Below the pieces are notes generated by a model that saw only the letters and a program-made list of their open reading frames with translations, made no database searches and was not told the origin of the DNA. A stretch of DNA of 64,000 nucleotides from a virus: IMG/VR virus record IMGVR_UViG_3300028840_002113; one strand, 5' to 3'. The translations under genes were made by a program, and so were the position numbers. This document shows positions 9,133-18,092 of the stretch, piece after piece. Each line of letters begins with the position of its first letter. Position 1 is the stretch's first letter.

Positions 9133-9866
9133 CCAAGAGGCTTCGGATCCCGATGTCCAAGAAAAGCAAGGGAGTCTCTATCCCGGAGGATATCTACCTT
9201 GCAGAGATCACGGACATCGAAAAGGACAAGGGGAAATACGGTCCACAGCTAAGGTGGAAATTCAAGATCATCAAGGGGAAACAAAAGGGAACGATTCTGA
9301 CTGCCTGGACGCAGATGGACGCTCGTCCGAAAAACAAGCTGGGAAGATGGCTGAAGAAGCTCATTCCCGACTTGAAGTTCAAGGAAGGCAAGTTCGACAT
9401 CGGCGATCTCATCGGCGATCGGTGCAGAATCTCGGTCGTCCACACCGACGCGGTCAACGACGACGGTTCACCGAAGTGCAAGGTGGACGAAATCTTCAAG
9501 GGCAAGAAGAAACGGAAGGACGACGACGAAGAGGAAGAACGCCCGAAGAAGAAAAAGAAAAAGGGCAAGAAGAAGAAGCGTCGGGAGGAAGAGGAGGAGG
9601 ACGACGAAGAGGAGGAGGACGAGGAAGACGAGGATGACGAAGACGACGATGACGACGAAGATGACGAGGACGAAGACGACGAAGACGACGATGACGACGA
9701 TGAGGATGATGAAGAGGACGAGGAGGACGAGGACGATGAAGAAGAAGAAGAGCGTCCGAGAAAAAGGAAAAAGAAAAAAGGGAAAGACAAAGGAAAGAAA
9801 AAGAAGAAGAAAAAGCGCAGACGGGACGACGACGAAGAAGACGAGGACGACGACCTCAGCTGGTGA
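9129..9866 (+). CDS. putative ssDNA-binding protein (DUF669-like N-domain) with about 115-aa alternating poly-acidic/poly-basic tail
   Basis: GTG 9129 lies 7 nt after AAGGAGG (alternative ATG at 9153). N-domain: IPEDIYLAEITDIEK..YGPQLRWKFKI. The tail is D/E runs broken by K/R blocks and ends in DEDDDLSW, resembling the SSB tip DDDIPF. Immediately upstream of recA. Confidence 0.45.
   Translation: MTKRLRIPMSKKSKGVSIPEDIYLAEITDIEKDKGKYGPQLRWKFKIIKGKQKGTILTAWTQMDARPKNKLGRWLKKLIPDLKFKEGKFDIGDLIGDRCRISVVHTDAVNDDGSPKCKVDEIFKGKKKRKDDDEEEERPKKKKKKGKKKKRREEEEEDDEEEEDEEDEDDEDDDDDEDDEDEDDEDDDDDDEDDEEDEEDEDDEEEEERPRKRKKKKGKDKGKKKKKKKRRRDDDEEDEDDDLSW
9501..9854 (+). repeat. purine-rich (GAN)n low-complexity tract
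   Basis: About 350 nt made almost entirely of GAA/GAC/GAG/GAT/AAG triplets. It produces long artefactual ORFs in several frames and on the antisense strand (poly-Ser). Confidence 0.9.
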
Positions 9867-10857
9867 TGAAAACCTGCTAACGGTCATCCAGGGGATTGAA
9901 AAGAAATATGGGAAGGGTTCCTTGATGAGGTTCGGGGACATGAAGGTTGAACCCGGTCCCCGAGTCTCCACGGGATCAATCTCCTTGGATTGTGCGCTCG
10001 GTGGAGGCGGTCTGCCCTATGGCCGAGTCGTGGAACTGTACGGTCCTGAGTCGTCGGGCAAGACTACCCTCGCCCTCCACATCTTGGCGAACGCTCAAAG
10101 GCAAGGAAACGTCGGGGCGATCATTGACGTTGAACACGCTCTTGATCCCGATTATGCTGGCCTGATCGGCGTTGATATGGAGGGACTCCTGTTCTCTCAG
10201 CCGGATTATGGGGAACAGGCTCTAAGCATCGTCCAGAAACTAATCCTCAGCAAGAAGGTCAAGTGCATCGTCGTGGATAGTGTAGCTGCCCTCGTCCCGA
10301 AGGCAGAACTTGACGGGGAAATGGAAGACATCACTGTAGCTGCACAAGCTCGGCTCATGTCTAAGGCGATGCGGAAGATCGTGGCTGTCGCGAATAAGAA
10401 TGGGGTCCTGGTCGTCTTCATCAACCAGGAGCGCGACAAGATCGGTGGGTTCAGTAAGGGCAAGACTACTCCGGGCGGAAAGGCGTTGAAGTTCTACGCA
10501 TCTGTTCGGATCGAGGTCCGCCGAAGGAAAACCGAAAAGGAAAAGGTCAAGAACGTCAAGGAGAAGAGGTCGGTGGCGAATGTCACCTATGCGAAGGTCG
10601 TCAAGTCCAAGATTTGTTCGCCCTTCAACGTGGGCAAGTTCGTCATCACCTTCGGCAAGGGAATCAACAAAGCTGCCGAAGTGTTTCTGTGGGCGAAATC
10701 GGGGAAAGTAATCAAAAGGAAAGGGTCGTCGTTTTCGTTTGGCGATGTGAAAGGAAAAGGCCAGAAGGGATTCTTGAAGGCCATCCGACAAGACAAGAAA
10801 GCCAAACGAGAACTTCTCCAGGCGACGAGGCAATATATTCAGTCACAATTTTCTTAA
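9736..10857 (+). CDS. recA: RecA recombinase with basic N-terminal extension
   Basis: IEKKYGKGSLMRFGD, Walker A GPESSGKTT, Walker B CIVVDSVAALVP, QARLMSKAMRK, VFINQ. The last in-frame ATG before the conserved core is 9736. There is no ATG/GTG/TTG between 9737 and the DENLL core start, so the start is uncertain. Confidence 0.9.
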   Translation: MKKKKSVREKGKRKKGKTKERKRRRKSADGTTTKKTRTTTSAGDENLLTVIQGIEKKYGKGSLMRFGDMKVEPGPRVSTGSISLDCALGGGGLPYGRVVELYGPESSGKTTLALHILANAQRQGNVGAIIDVEHALDPDYAGLIGVDMEGLLFSQPDYGEQALSIVQKLILSKKVKCIVVDSVAALVPKAELDGEMEDITVAAQARLMSKAMRKIVAVANKNGVLVVFINQERDKIGGFSKGKTTPGGKALKFYASVRIEVRRRKTEKEKVKNVKEKRSVANVTYAKVVKSKICSPFNVGKFVITFGKGINKAAEVFLWAKSGKVIKRKGSSFSFGDVKGKGQKGFLKAIRQDKKAKRELLQATRQYIQSQFS

Positions 10858-10869
10858 AGGAGTCTGGTC

Positions 10870-12138
10870 ATGTCCAAGAAGAACAAGAAGAAGAGGGACA
10901 GGGAGAAAAGGGACGCGGAGATGGTGGAGAAAGCAAAGAAGATCGACAAGGTGAACGAGGAACGGCAGGAGCCCGAGCCGGAGCCCGAAGCCGACTCCGA
11001 ACAGGAATCCGGTCAGGAATCCGCAGGAACGGCAAACAAGAACGTCCTCACAATCGTGCCGAGGCAGGAAGAAGAAAAAGAGGAGCCGAAGCCGAAGGAG
11101 GAACCGAAGCCGAAGGAGCCCGAGGTCATTCAGTCGAAGGCTCTGACGGACGAACCGCAGACCAAGGAGCTGGAGCCGATCATCAAGGCTGTCAAGAAGG
11201 ACGATCAGGGCAAGAAAGACCTGAACGGAAAAGCAAGGAACCTCAGGGCAGCTCCGACGGCCGATCCACAGCTCGAGCTCTTCATCGGCAAGGATACGAA
11301 ACCGTACAAGATGTCGCCGACGGCATTCGGGCAGGTCAACAGCCGATTCAAGATCCCGGCGGAATTCATGGCGAGGCTGTCACCGGATATGCGGATGGCC
11401 GTCTACGACTGGTTCTTCGGCATCGCCGAGAAGGACGAACGGTGGACCCTGAAGACCAAGGGACACTTCATCAGGGGATTCGTGTTCCCGGAAAAGGTTT
11501 CCTTCACGAACATGGAGATTCTGAAAATCTTCCGCAAGCATATCCTTCCGGAGAACGTGCTCTTGGACTGGGCGACGCTCGCGGACGATTCGTTGCAGTT
11601 CAGGCTCATCCTCCCCGATGCCGAATCCCTCTTCCTGGAAGACAAGAAGAACAAGGGATTCTTCCCCGCCATCCACGTCACGACGAGCGAGCTGGGAACC
11701 CATTCGGTCAAGGTGGACTTCTGCATCTGGCGTGAAAAGGGAGGGGTCGCCGTCATGCCTGTCGTGAAGAAGAAACGGTTCTTCAGGGTGACTGGCAAGG
11801 ACAAGGAAACCATGAAGGCGGAATTGATCAAGGGGCTTTATCCCCTCAACGAAAAGATCGCCGACTTCGCACGGGCATCTTCCGAGCAGCTGACAAAGGC
11901 GACGGGCAAACCCTGCGACATCAAGAAGGCCGAGGGATGGCTGGAAAAGATGCGCCAGAAATACAAGTTCGCCAAGAGCATCTCCGAGCGAGCCCTGAAA
12001 ATCTTCGCGGAAGAAAAAGGAGACGGGGATATGCTCGGCGTGATCTGTGCTCTGGCGACCGTCGCGAGCAAGACCAAGGACACGCAGAAGCGATGCGAGC
12101 TGGAGGCAATGATCGGCCTCATGTTGGACGCGGTCTAA
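10870..12138 (+). CDS. hypothetical protein (K/E/P-rich N-terminus, globular C-domain)
   Basis: 422-aa ORF with AAGGAG upstream. Lies between recA and sbcD. No motif recognised. Confidence 0.6.
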   Translation: MSKKNKKKRDREKRDAEMVEKAKKIDKVNEERQEPEPEPEADSEQESGQESAGTANKNVLTIVPRQEEEKEEPKPKEEPKPKEPEVIQSKALTDEPQTKELEPIIKAVKKDDQGKKDLNGKARNLRAAPTADPQLELFIGKDTKPYKMSPTAFGQVNSRFKIPAEFMARLSPDMRMAVYDWFFGIAEKDERWTLKTKGHFIRGFVFPEKVSFTNMEILKIFRKHILPENVLLDWATLADDSLQFRLILPDAESLFLEDKKNKGFFPAIHVTTSELGTHSVKVDFCIWREKGGVAVMPVVKKKRFFRVTGKDKETMKAELIKGLYPLNEKIADFARASSEQLTKATGKPCDIKKAEGWLEKMRQKYKFAKSISERALKIFAEEKGDGDMLGVICALATVASKTKDTQKRCELEAMIGLMLDAV

Positions 12139-12167
12139 TCGCGACTCATATTTAAGGGCAAAACGAT

Positions 12168-13199
12168 ATGAAGTTCGTTGCGACGGCAGACCTGCATCTT
12201 GGGGAGACTATCCCTGGGATAGACAGGTTCAAAATCATTGGTCAGGTCTTTCGGTTCGCTGTGGAAAACAAGGCCGACTTCCTGATCATCGCCGGGGACA
12301 TATACGATCATCTCATGGTCTCGAATGCTATTCGTGCTCGCTTTAATCGTATGCTGAAAAAACTGTCAACAGACCTTGAGGTGATTGTGTTTCCTGGGAA
12401 CCACGATGTCGGCAAGAAGACGACGGCATTGTCCCCGCTGAAACCATTCTCGGATGATCGAATCAGGGTCGTTGACAAGCCATCCCGATTCACAAGGGGA
12501 GGGAAGCGTTTCCTGGTCATTCCATACGATATCAGGATGGCTCAGGACCCGAAGCATACGCTGAGGACGCTGAAGAAATATGGTGGAGACTACGAATGCG
12601 TCTTCGGCCATCTGTCCATCTCGGGCGTGAAAGTCGGACCTTCTAACTTCGCCCTCCTTGGAGGCGTAACGAAGGCTCAATTGCGGAAGTATATCGGGGC
12701 TCGGTTCTTTATCTTGGGTCACATTCATAAACCGCAGAAGGGAGGGAATATCTACTACTGCGGAAGCCCTGATTACTTGGACTTCGGGGAGCGTGATGAG
12801 GAGAAACGGTTTCTGTTCTACGAAGACGGTGAACTGAGTAGCGTCCCGATCAAAAACCGTAGGCTAATCCAGATCGAATACACGACCGACGGCATTGATA
12901 GGAAGCTCGTTAGGGGAGCTATCTACAAGATCGTCGTTCGTTGCAATAAGACCGACCTTCCCAACATGAACGTCAGCGGTCTTGTGGACAAGATCAAGTC
13001 CAAGGATGGGTCTGTCGTGAAGGTAAGCTGGGAGGTCGCCTCGAGACCACGAAGAAGGGCGAAGGAAATCAACTTCAGGGATTCGCTTGCCCAGAACGTC
13101 AAGAGGTATGTCAAGCGATTTGGCGGGAATGATCGTGGGACGCTCCTTACGATGGCGAAGGAGGTCCTTGATGAAGCCAGTAAAGATAGAAATCAATAA
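12168..13199 (+). CDS. sbcD: SbcD/Mre11-family nuclease
   Basis: Phosphoesterase motifs DLHLG, AGDIYDH, GNHD, GHLSISG, GHIH. Confidence 0.85.
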   Translation: MKFVATADLHLGETIPGIDRFKIIGQVFRFAVENKADFLIIAGDIYDHLMVSNAIRARFNRMLKKLSTDLEVIVFPGNHDVGKKTTALSPLKPFSDDRIRVVDKPSRFTRGGKRFLVIPYDIRMAQDPKHTLRTLKKYGGDYECVFGHLSISGVKVGPSNFALLGGVTKAQLRKYIGARFFILGHIHKPQKGGNIYYCGSPDYLDFGERDEEKRFLFYEDGELSSVPIKNRRLIQIEYTTDGIDRKLVRGAIYKIVVRCNKTDLPNMNVSGLVDKIKSKDGSVVKVSWEVASRPRRRAKEINFRDSLAQNVKRYVKRFGGNDRGTLLTMAKEVLDEASKDRNQ

Positions 13200-15195
13200 T
13201 CTGTTCAAGTATGGAAAGGAAAACAATATCTTCAGGTTCGGCGATGGCTGTCTAACACTAATCGTCGGACCTAATGGTGCAGGGAAGTCTTCCATCTTCG
13301 AAGCGATCAGTTTTGCTTTATTCGAGCAGACTGTGAGATGGGGGACGACCAAGAAAAGCATCCTCCGCCGAGGCGCAGAGAAGGGCTTCGCTCGGCTTAC
13401 ATTCGAGCATGACGGCAAGGTATACGAAGTGACACGCTATAGGGAGCGTGATGGGTCTGGTTCCGTATCGTTCGAAGACGTAGAGACGACCGAACGAATG
13501 GGCAGGGGAACAAAGGATACGAACGCCAGGATCATTGAAACCATTGGCTTTGATTTTGAAGCGTTCAGGAACTCTGTACTGTTCGGTCAACATGACTTGG
13601 CGAAGGTCGTGTCTTTACGTTCGGGTGATCGTCTTGAACTGCTAACGAACTTCCTCGGGCTTGGAATCTTGGAACGATGCTTCGAAGTATCACGGTCGAA
13701 GGCGTCCTATGTCAAAAGCGAAATGGAATCGCTTGACGCCGAGATCGAAATCAAGAACATCATAGAGATGCGAAGGCAGCTCAAGATCATGCGCCAGATA
13801 GAGGCCGAGCATATTGCGTCTGTGAAAGAGGCCGAAACGAAATACGGGGACTTGAAGGAACTGGTAAATAAACTGGATAGGATGGAACAAGCCTTCAGCA
13901 AGTCTGCGACGATGGTGGAAAATAATACCGATGAGATGCGTTCCTTGATTACACAGAAGAAGTCGTTGCAGAAGGCTTCTGGAAAAACAATGGATGAAAA
14001 GAAAATCGAACAGGACATAAAGAAGGCGCAAGAGGCCGAAGATGCGCTTGAAGGTATCCGAATCCAGATTGGCGAACTGACGTCCGCAGAACAGGAGGTG
14101 AATGAGGAATACATAGAGGCGAAGGCTGACTGTAGACGCATCCGTGATAAGATCGCCCATATTCGCAGGAAGAAACATTGTACCGAGTGCGATAGGCCAA
14201 TAGACCAGGAGACACGGGATGCCCTGACCGAGAAGCAGAAGGACAGGCTTGAAAAGGCTGAAGGCAAGCGGGACAAGGTGAAATCCAAGCTAGACAAGAA
14301 GCGAGGCGAATTGAAGGCATTGAAGGCAGAAGAAACGCAAATAAAGAAACAACCTGATCCTGATGTGCTATGGGACAAGCTCAAGGAGGCAAGAAGACAA
14401 GGCCAGCTCCAAGACGAAGTGGAATCAATTGAGGAACGGATTGCAAAGAAGAAGGTCCTAATCAAAAGGCATTCCGCAATCCTTGATGAGATAAAGGAGG
14501 AAGGGTATTCCGAAGAACGTCTTGAGCGACTAAAGGAAGGCCTCCTGAAAGCAAAAGGGAACGTGAGCGAAAGCGAAACAGAACTCAAGAACACGCAAAA
14601 GAACATCAAGGAACTGAAGCGTCTTATTTCACAGGTCAAGGACCTCGAGAAGCATCGGGATAGACTGGCTGAGAAGTACAAGCTGTCCCAATTCGTTTTC
14701 GAAATGTTCTCGAAGACAGGAGGCATACGGCAGGTCATAGTCGAGAACGTCCTCCCTGTATTAAATAGCAAGATCAACCGATATCTCGATCTATTGTCCG
14801 ACGAGGGGATTAGTGTCGAGTTCACGACAGGGACGCGAACCAAGAAGGGTCTATTCAAAAACAAGCTCGAGATTCTTATTGTGTCGCCGGATGGTATTGC
14901 AGACTTCGCCTCGTACTCTGGCGGTGAAAAGCAGACCATCATCTTGGCGATCGGCCTTGGGATATCTGAGCTAGCTGCCGAGTCTGTCGGCATGGACTGT
15001 GAGGTCTTGCTGATGGACGAAGTATTTAGCTCCCTGGATAGCAAGGCCAGAAAGCGTCTCGTCAACCTGATGGGTTCGTTGCAAAAGAAATTCAAGAACG
15101 TCGTGACGATTTCCCATCTTAAGGAACTGAAGACGCAGGTTCCAGAGGTCGTGGTAGTAAAGAGAACAAAAGGTTTGAGCAGGATAAAGCAATGA
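13171..15195 (+). CDS. sbcC: SbcC/Rad50-family ATPase
   Basis: ATG 13171 follows GAAGGAGG. Walker A GPNGAGKSS. Long coiled coil with a CxxC zinc hook (HCTECDRP). Signature YSGGEKQ. Walker B VLLMDEV. Confidence 0.85.
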   Translation: MKPVKIEINNLFKYGKENNIFRFGDGCLTLIVGPNGAGKSSIFEAISFALFEQTVRWGTTKKSILRRGAEKGFARLTFEHDGKVYEVTRYRERDGSGSVSFEDVETTERMGRGTKDTNARIIETIGFDFEAFRNSVLFGQHDLAKVVSLRSGDRLELLTNFLGLGILERCFEVSRSKASYVKSEMESLDAEIEIKNIIEMRRQLKIMRQIEAEHIASVKEAETKYGDLKELVNKLDRMEQAFSKSATMVENNTDEMRSLITQKKSLQKASGKTMDEKKIEQDIKKAQEAEDALEGIRIQIGELTSAEQEVNEEYIEAKADCRRIRDKIAHIRRKKHCTECDRPIDQETRDALTEKQKDRLEKAEGKRDKVKSKLDKKRGELKALKAEETQIKKQPDPDVLWDKLKEARRQGQLQDEVESIEERIAKKKVLIKRHSAILDEIKEEGYSEERLERLKEGLLKAKGNVSESETELKNTQKNIKELKRLISQVKDLEKHRDRLAEKYKLSQFVFEMFSKTGGIRQVIVENVLPVLNSKINRYLDLLSDEGISVEFTTGTRTKKGLFKNKLEILIVSPDGIADFASYSGGEKQTIILAIGLGISELAAESVGMDCEVLLMDEVFSSLDSKARKRLVNLMGSLQKKFKNVVTISHLKELKTQVPEVVVVKRTKGLSRIKQ

Positions 15196-15674
15196 TCATA
15201 CTCGGCATAGACCAAAGCCTCGTCGCGTCAGGATGGGCAGTCCTGCGATTCAAGGGCGAACGATTCAAGTTCAAGGATTATGGTTTAATCCAGCCAAGGA
15301 AACTCAGGGGTGACGAACGGTTGATATACATAGAGAACGAGGTCAAGGAACTAATAGGTAGATTCCGACCTGATCATGCTGTCTTGGAGGGATATGCTTA
15401 TGTTGGAAAAGCAAAGACGACGTCATTGATGCAGCTCGGCGAACTCGGATGGGCAATCAGGCGTCTCTTTGTAATGACTGCAATCAAATATTCAATAATC
15501 AACCCAAAGACACTCAAGAAGCAAATAACGGGAAACGGGAATGCAAAAAAAGAAGACATGATTAGGAGGGCAAAGAAAATATCTGGTGCAAAGTTCGGGC
15601 GAGTGCCGAAAGGCAAAGTAGACAACGTCGTGGACGCCTTCTGCCTTGCTTATCTAGCTGGGATAGAAGGTTAA
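15192..15674 (+). CDS. ruvC: RuvC-like Holliday junction resolvase
   Basis: ILGIDQS, LEGYAY and DNVVDAFCLA acidic catalytic positions. 160 aa. ATGA overlap with sbcC. Confidence 0.75.
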   Translation: MIILGIDQSLVASGWAVLRFKGERFKFKDYGLIQPRKLRGDERLIYIENEVKELIGRFRPDHAVLEGYAYVGKAKTTSLMQLGELGWAIRRLFVMTAIKYSIINPKTLKKQITGNGNAKKEDMIRRAKKISGAKFGRVPKGKVDNVVDAFCLAYLAGIEG

Positions 15675-15689
15675 TTGAAAGGATATACG

Positions 15690-16304
15690 ATGTTCATGCA
15701 AAAGAGCGGAGAGCGTGTCGCACTCTTTATTGATGGCGACAATCTCTATGGAACCCTGTCCGCGCTCGGCTGGTCCATTGACTTCATCAAGCTCAAGGAC
15801 CTTCTCTGTGCAGACGCTCAATTCTATAATGCGTTCTATTATACGTCGTGGGATGAAGACCAGAGGAAGCGTTCGTTCGCCATCTTCCTGCTCAATCATG
15901 GCTTTACTGTGCGCCGACGCGAACAGCAAAGGATCACGAAGGGCGGGAAGGAGGTCAACATCAAGGGCGATACCGATATCCTGATGGTCATGGATCTACT
16001 CCTGACGAAAAAGAATTGGGATATTGCAATTCTTGTGACTGGCGATGGAGACTTCGTCCCCGCCGTCGAGTATCTCAGGCTTCAGGGAAAGCGAATCGTG
16101 GCCGTCTCATCCAAGTTCGAATCGGCGTCTATCGAGCTGGTCAATTCGGCGGATAGGTTCGTTGACCTTGAGGAGATCAGGACGTTCGTCCAAAGATCGC
16201 AGGGACCATCTCAGCCGAGGACGATGCAGAAGAAGGAACAGGGTAGGGTGAAACTGGAAACGACTGACGAAGAGGAAGAGGAAGACGATGGCGAGGAAGA
16301 ATAG
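15690..16304 (+). CDS. NYN (LabA/DUF88-like) PIN-fold nuclease domain protein with acidic tail
   Basis: ALFIDGDNLY, GDTDILMVMD, LVTGDGDFVPAVEYL. C-terminus is DEEEEEDDGEEE. Confidence 0.7.
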   Translation: MFMQKSGERVALFIDGDNLYGTLSALGWSIDFIKLKDLLCADAQFYNAFYYTSWDEDQRKRSFAIFLLNHGFTVRRREQQRITKGGKEVNIKGDTDILMVMDLLLTKKNWDIAILVTGDGDFVPAVEYLRLQGKRIVAVSSKFESASIELVNSADRFVDLEEIRTFVQRSQGPSQPRTMQKKEQGRVKLETTDEEEEEDDGEEE

Positions 16305-17208
16305 AAAACTGGTCGTTCTGATCGATGGGAACTTCTTTGCCTTTCGAGCATACGCGACGAGGAGCCTTTCAACGTCTACGGGAATCCAAACATCTGTCAT
16401 CTCTGGGATGCTACAGATGTTCAAGAACCTATATAAGAGATTCCAGTACGACAGGCTGATTATATGCTGGGACAGCACGAAAGGTTCAGCGTTGAGGAAA
16501 GGTCTGTTCCCGGAATACAAGGCGAACCGGAAAGAAGCCAAAGAGGAACGGAAGGACCTCTTTGTGCAGATGCGTCAAGCCAGAAAATTCTTCAAGACGC
16601 TGAACGTGCGACAGGCAGTCTTGAAGGGAGTAGAAGGCGACGACATGATGGGCATCTTGTCGGCCTATTATGCAAAGGAACAAGAGGTCCTAATTGTATC
16701 TGCAGATAAAGACCTTCTTCAGCTTGTTCGCCCTTCTGTGTCTGTGTTCCGGCCTATCAATGACCAGATGGTAGACACGAGGGAGTTCGCCGATATGTAT
16801 GACGGTATCACGCCGAACCAATTTATAAAGGCGAAATCATTGATGGGCGATAAGGGCGACAACATCCCTGGAGTTCCTGGCATCGGCGAGAAGAGGGCAA
16901 TAGAAATCGTCAAGCGATATCCAACGCTCAAGGATGTCTTAGACGATACGAGTGCGAAGCCTTATATACGGGCAGTCGGGAAACATATTAAGACGGTCAA
17001 CCTTGCTTTCAAACTGGTCAAGATATGTAGGAAGCCTTCGGAGCTTGGGAATGGCTTTAAGAAACCGTTCTCGAGATTGGTAGCAAGCTTCAAGGGTAAG
17101 CGGATCGTTGAAGTGAACGTCATGGTGACGTTGATCCGTAGCTTGGAAATGAGACATAGGAACTGGGATGCACTCGCAGACGCATTGACAATTCGTTTGG
17201 ATAGATGA
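16288..17208 (+). CDS. 5'-3' exonuclease / flap endonuclease (Pol I N-terminal-domain-like)
   Basis: VVLIDGNFFAFRAY, EGDDMMG, SADKDLLQL. H3TH motif GDKGDNIPGVPGIGEKRA. Confidence 0.85.
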   Translation: MARKNRKLVVLIDGNFFAFRAYATRSLSTSTGIQTSVISGMLQMFKNLYKRFQYDRLIICWDSTKGSALRKGLFPEYKANRKEAKEERKDLFVQMRQARKFFKTLNVRQAVLKGVEGDDMMGILSAYYAKEQEVLIVSADKDLLQLVRPSVSVFRPINDQMVDTREFADMYDGITPNQFIKAKSLMGDKGDNIPGVPGIGEKRAIEIVKRYPTLKDVLDDTSAKPYIRAVGKHIKTVNLAFKLVKICRKPSELGNGFKKPFSRLVASFKGKRIVEVNVMVTLIRSLEMRHRNWDALADALTIRLDR

Positions 17209-17209
17209 T

Positions 17210-18082
17210 ATGCAAAGAAACCCGATTAAGTATTACGGAGGGAAGCAAAAGCTTTCCATCCTCCTTTTGGATTACATACCAGAGCACGAGGTCTTCGTTG
17301 AAGGCTTCGGCGGAGCTGCAAACCTGCTAATCCGCAAAGGCCCTTCCGTATCAAGGCTTGAAGTCTATAACGATATTAACAAGGATGTCGTGAACCTATT
17401 CCGGGTCATTAGAAACGTAGGACTGTTCGACGAGTTCGCAAGGCGTGTCGCCCTGATGCCCTACTCAAGAGACGAGTTCGATCGCTGTCTAAAGATATAT
17501 AGAAGCGAGACATGGAGCAGATTATCAAGGACGAACAGAGCAACGATATATTTCTATTTGCTCAGGTCTTCATTCTCTGCCGTCATGACGTCATGGTCCT
17601 TTTCCGTTGTCGGTCGTGGTATGGCTCCTCGGGCATACCTTTCGGCTGTTGATCTTCTACCAGAGCTTCGAGATAGGTTGAGTGCAGTTCAATTCGAGAA
17701 TATATCGTTCGACCGTTTATTGACTACATATAATTCGCCGGAGACGTTCATATACCTTGATCCTCCTTACCTTGGAAGCACAAGGGCGAACGATGATGTT
17801 TATAAACACGAGATGACAAAGAAGGATCACAAGAAGCTGCTCGGTCTTATAAGGCAGAGCGAATCCAAGATTCTATTATCAGGATACGAAAGCAAGCTAT
17901 ACGACAAAGCTCTTAAGGATTGGAACAGGGAAGAGGTAGAAGTAACGGCGGTCGGCAGTAGAGCGGGAAGGACGAGGGGGATGCCCGAAGGGGCGAAGGC
18001 TCCTACCAGGAAGGAAGTCCTTTGGTTTAATTTCAAGAAGCCATTGACGCAGATCCGTTCAAGGACTGCGAAACTTGTTTGA
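17210..18082 (+). CDS. dam: N6-adenine DNA methyltransferase (Dam/D12 class)
   Basis: KYYGGKQKL, FVEGFGGAANL (SAM-binding FxGxG), catalytic YLDPPY. Confidence 0.85.
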   Translation: MQRNPIKYYGGKQKLSILLLDYIPEHEVFVEGFGGAANLLIRKGPSVSRLEVYNDINKDVVNLFRVIRNVGLFDEFARRVALMPYSRDEFDRCLKIYRSETWSRLSRTNRATIYFYLLRSSFSAVMTSWSFSVVGRGMAPRAYLSAVDLLPELRDRLSAVQFENISFDRLLTTYNSPETFIYLDPPYLGSTRANDDVYKHEMTKKDHKKLLGLIRQSESKILLSGYESKLYDKALKDWNREEVEVTAVGSRAGRTRGMPEGAKAPTRKEVLWFNFKKPLTQIRSRTAKLV

Positions 18083-18092
18083 GGAGACAGCC

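Noticed and set aside
9194-9790. 198-aa minus-strand ORF with about 65 consecutive Ser, and the alternative + frame ORF 9080..9637
   Set aside because: These are artefacts of the (GAN)n purine repeat read antisense or off-frame.
9501-9854. CRISPR array or satellite repeat
   Set aside because: There is no fixed repeat-spacer periodicity. It is a degenerate triplet purine tract inside coding sequence.
10614-11735. 373-aa + strand ORF spanning the recA end and the next gene
   Set aside because: It is off-frame relative to two better-supported genes. The translation is Gly/Arg/Glu-rich without structure.
13707-15215. 502-aa ORF on the minus strand
   Set aside because: It lies exactly antisense to the well-supported SbcC/Rad50 gene. 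The translation is Ser/Phe/Leu-rich low-complexity sequence with no motifs. This is a typical shadow ORF of a purine-rich coding strand.
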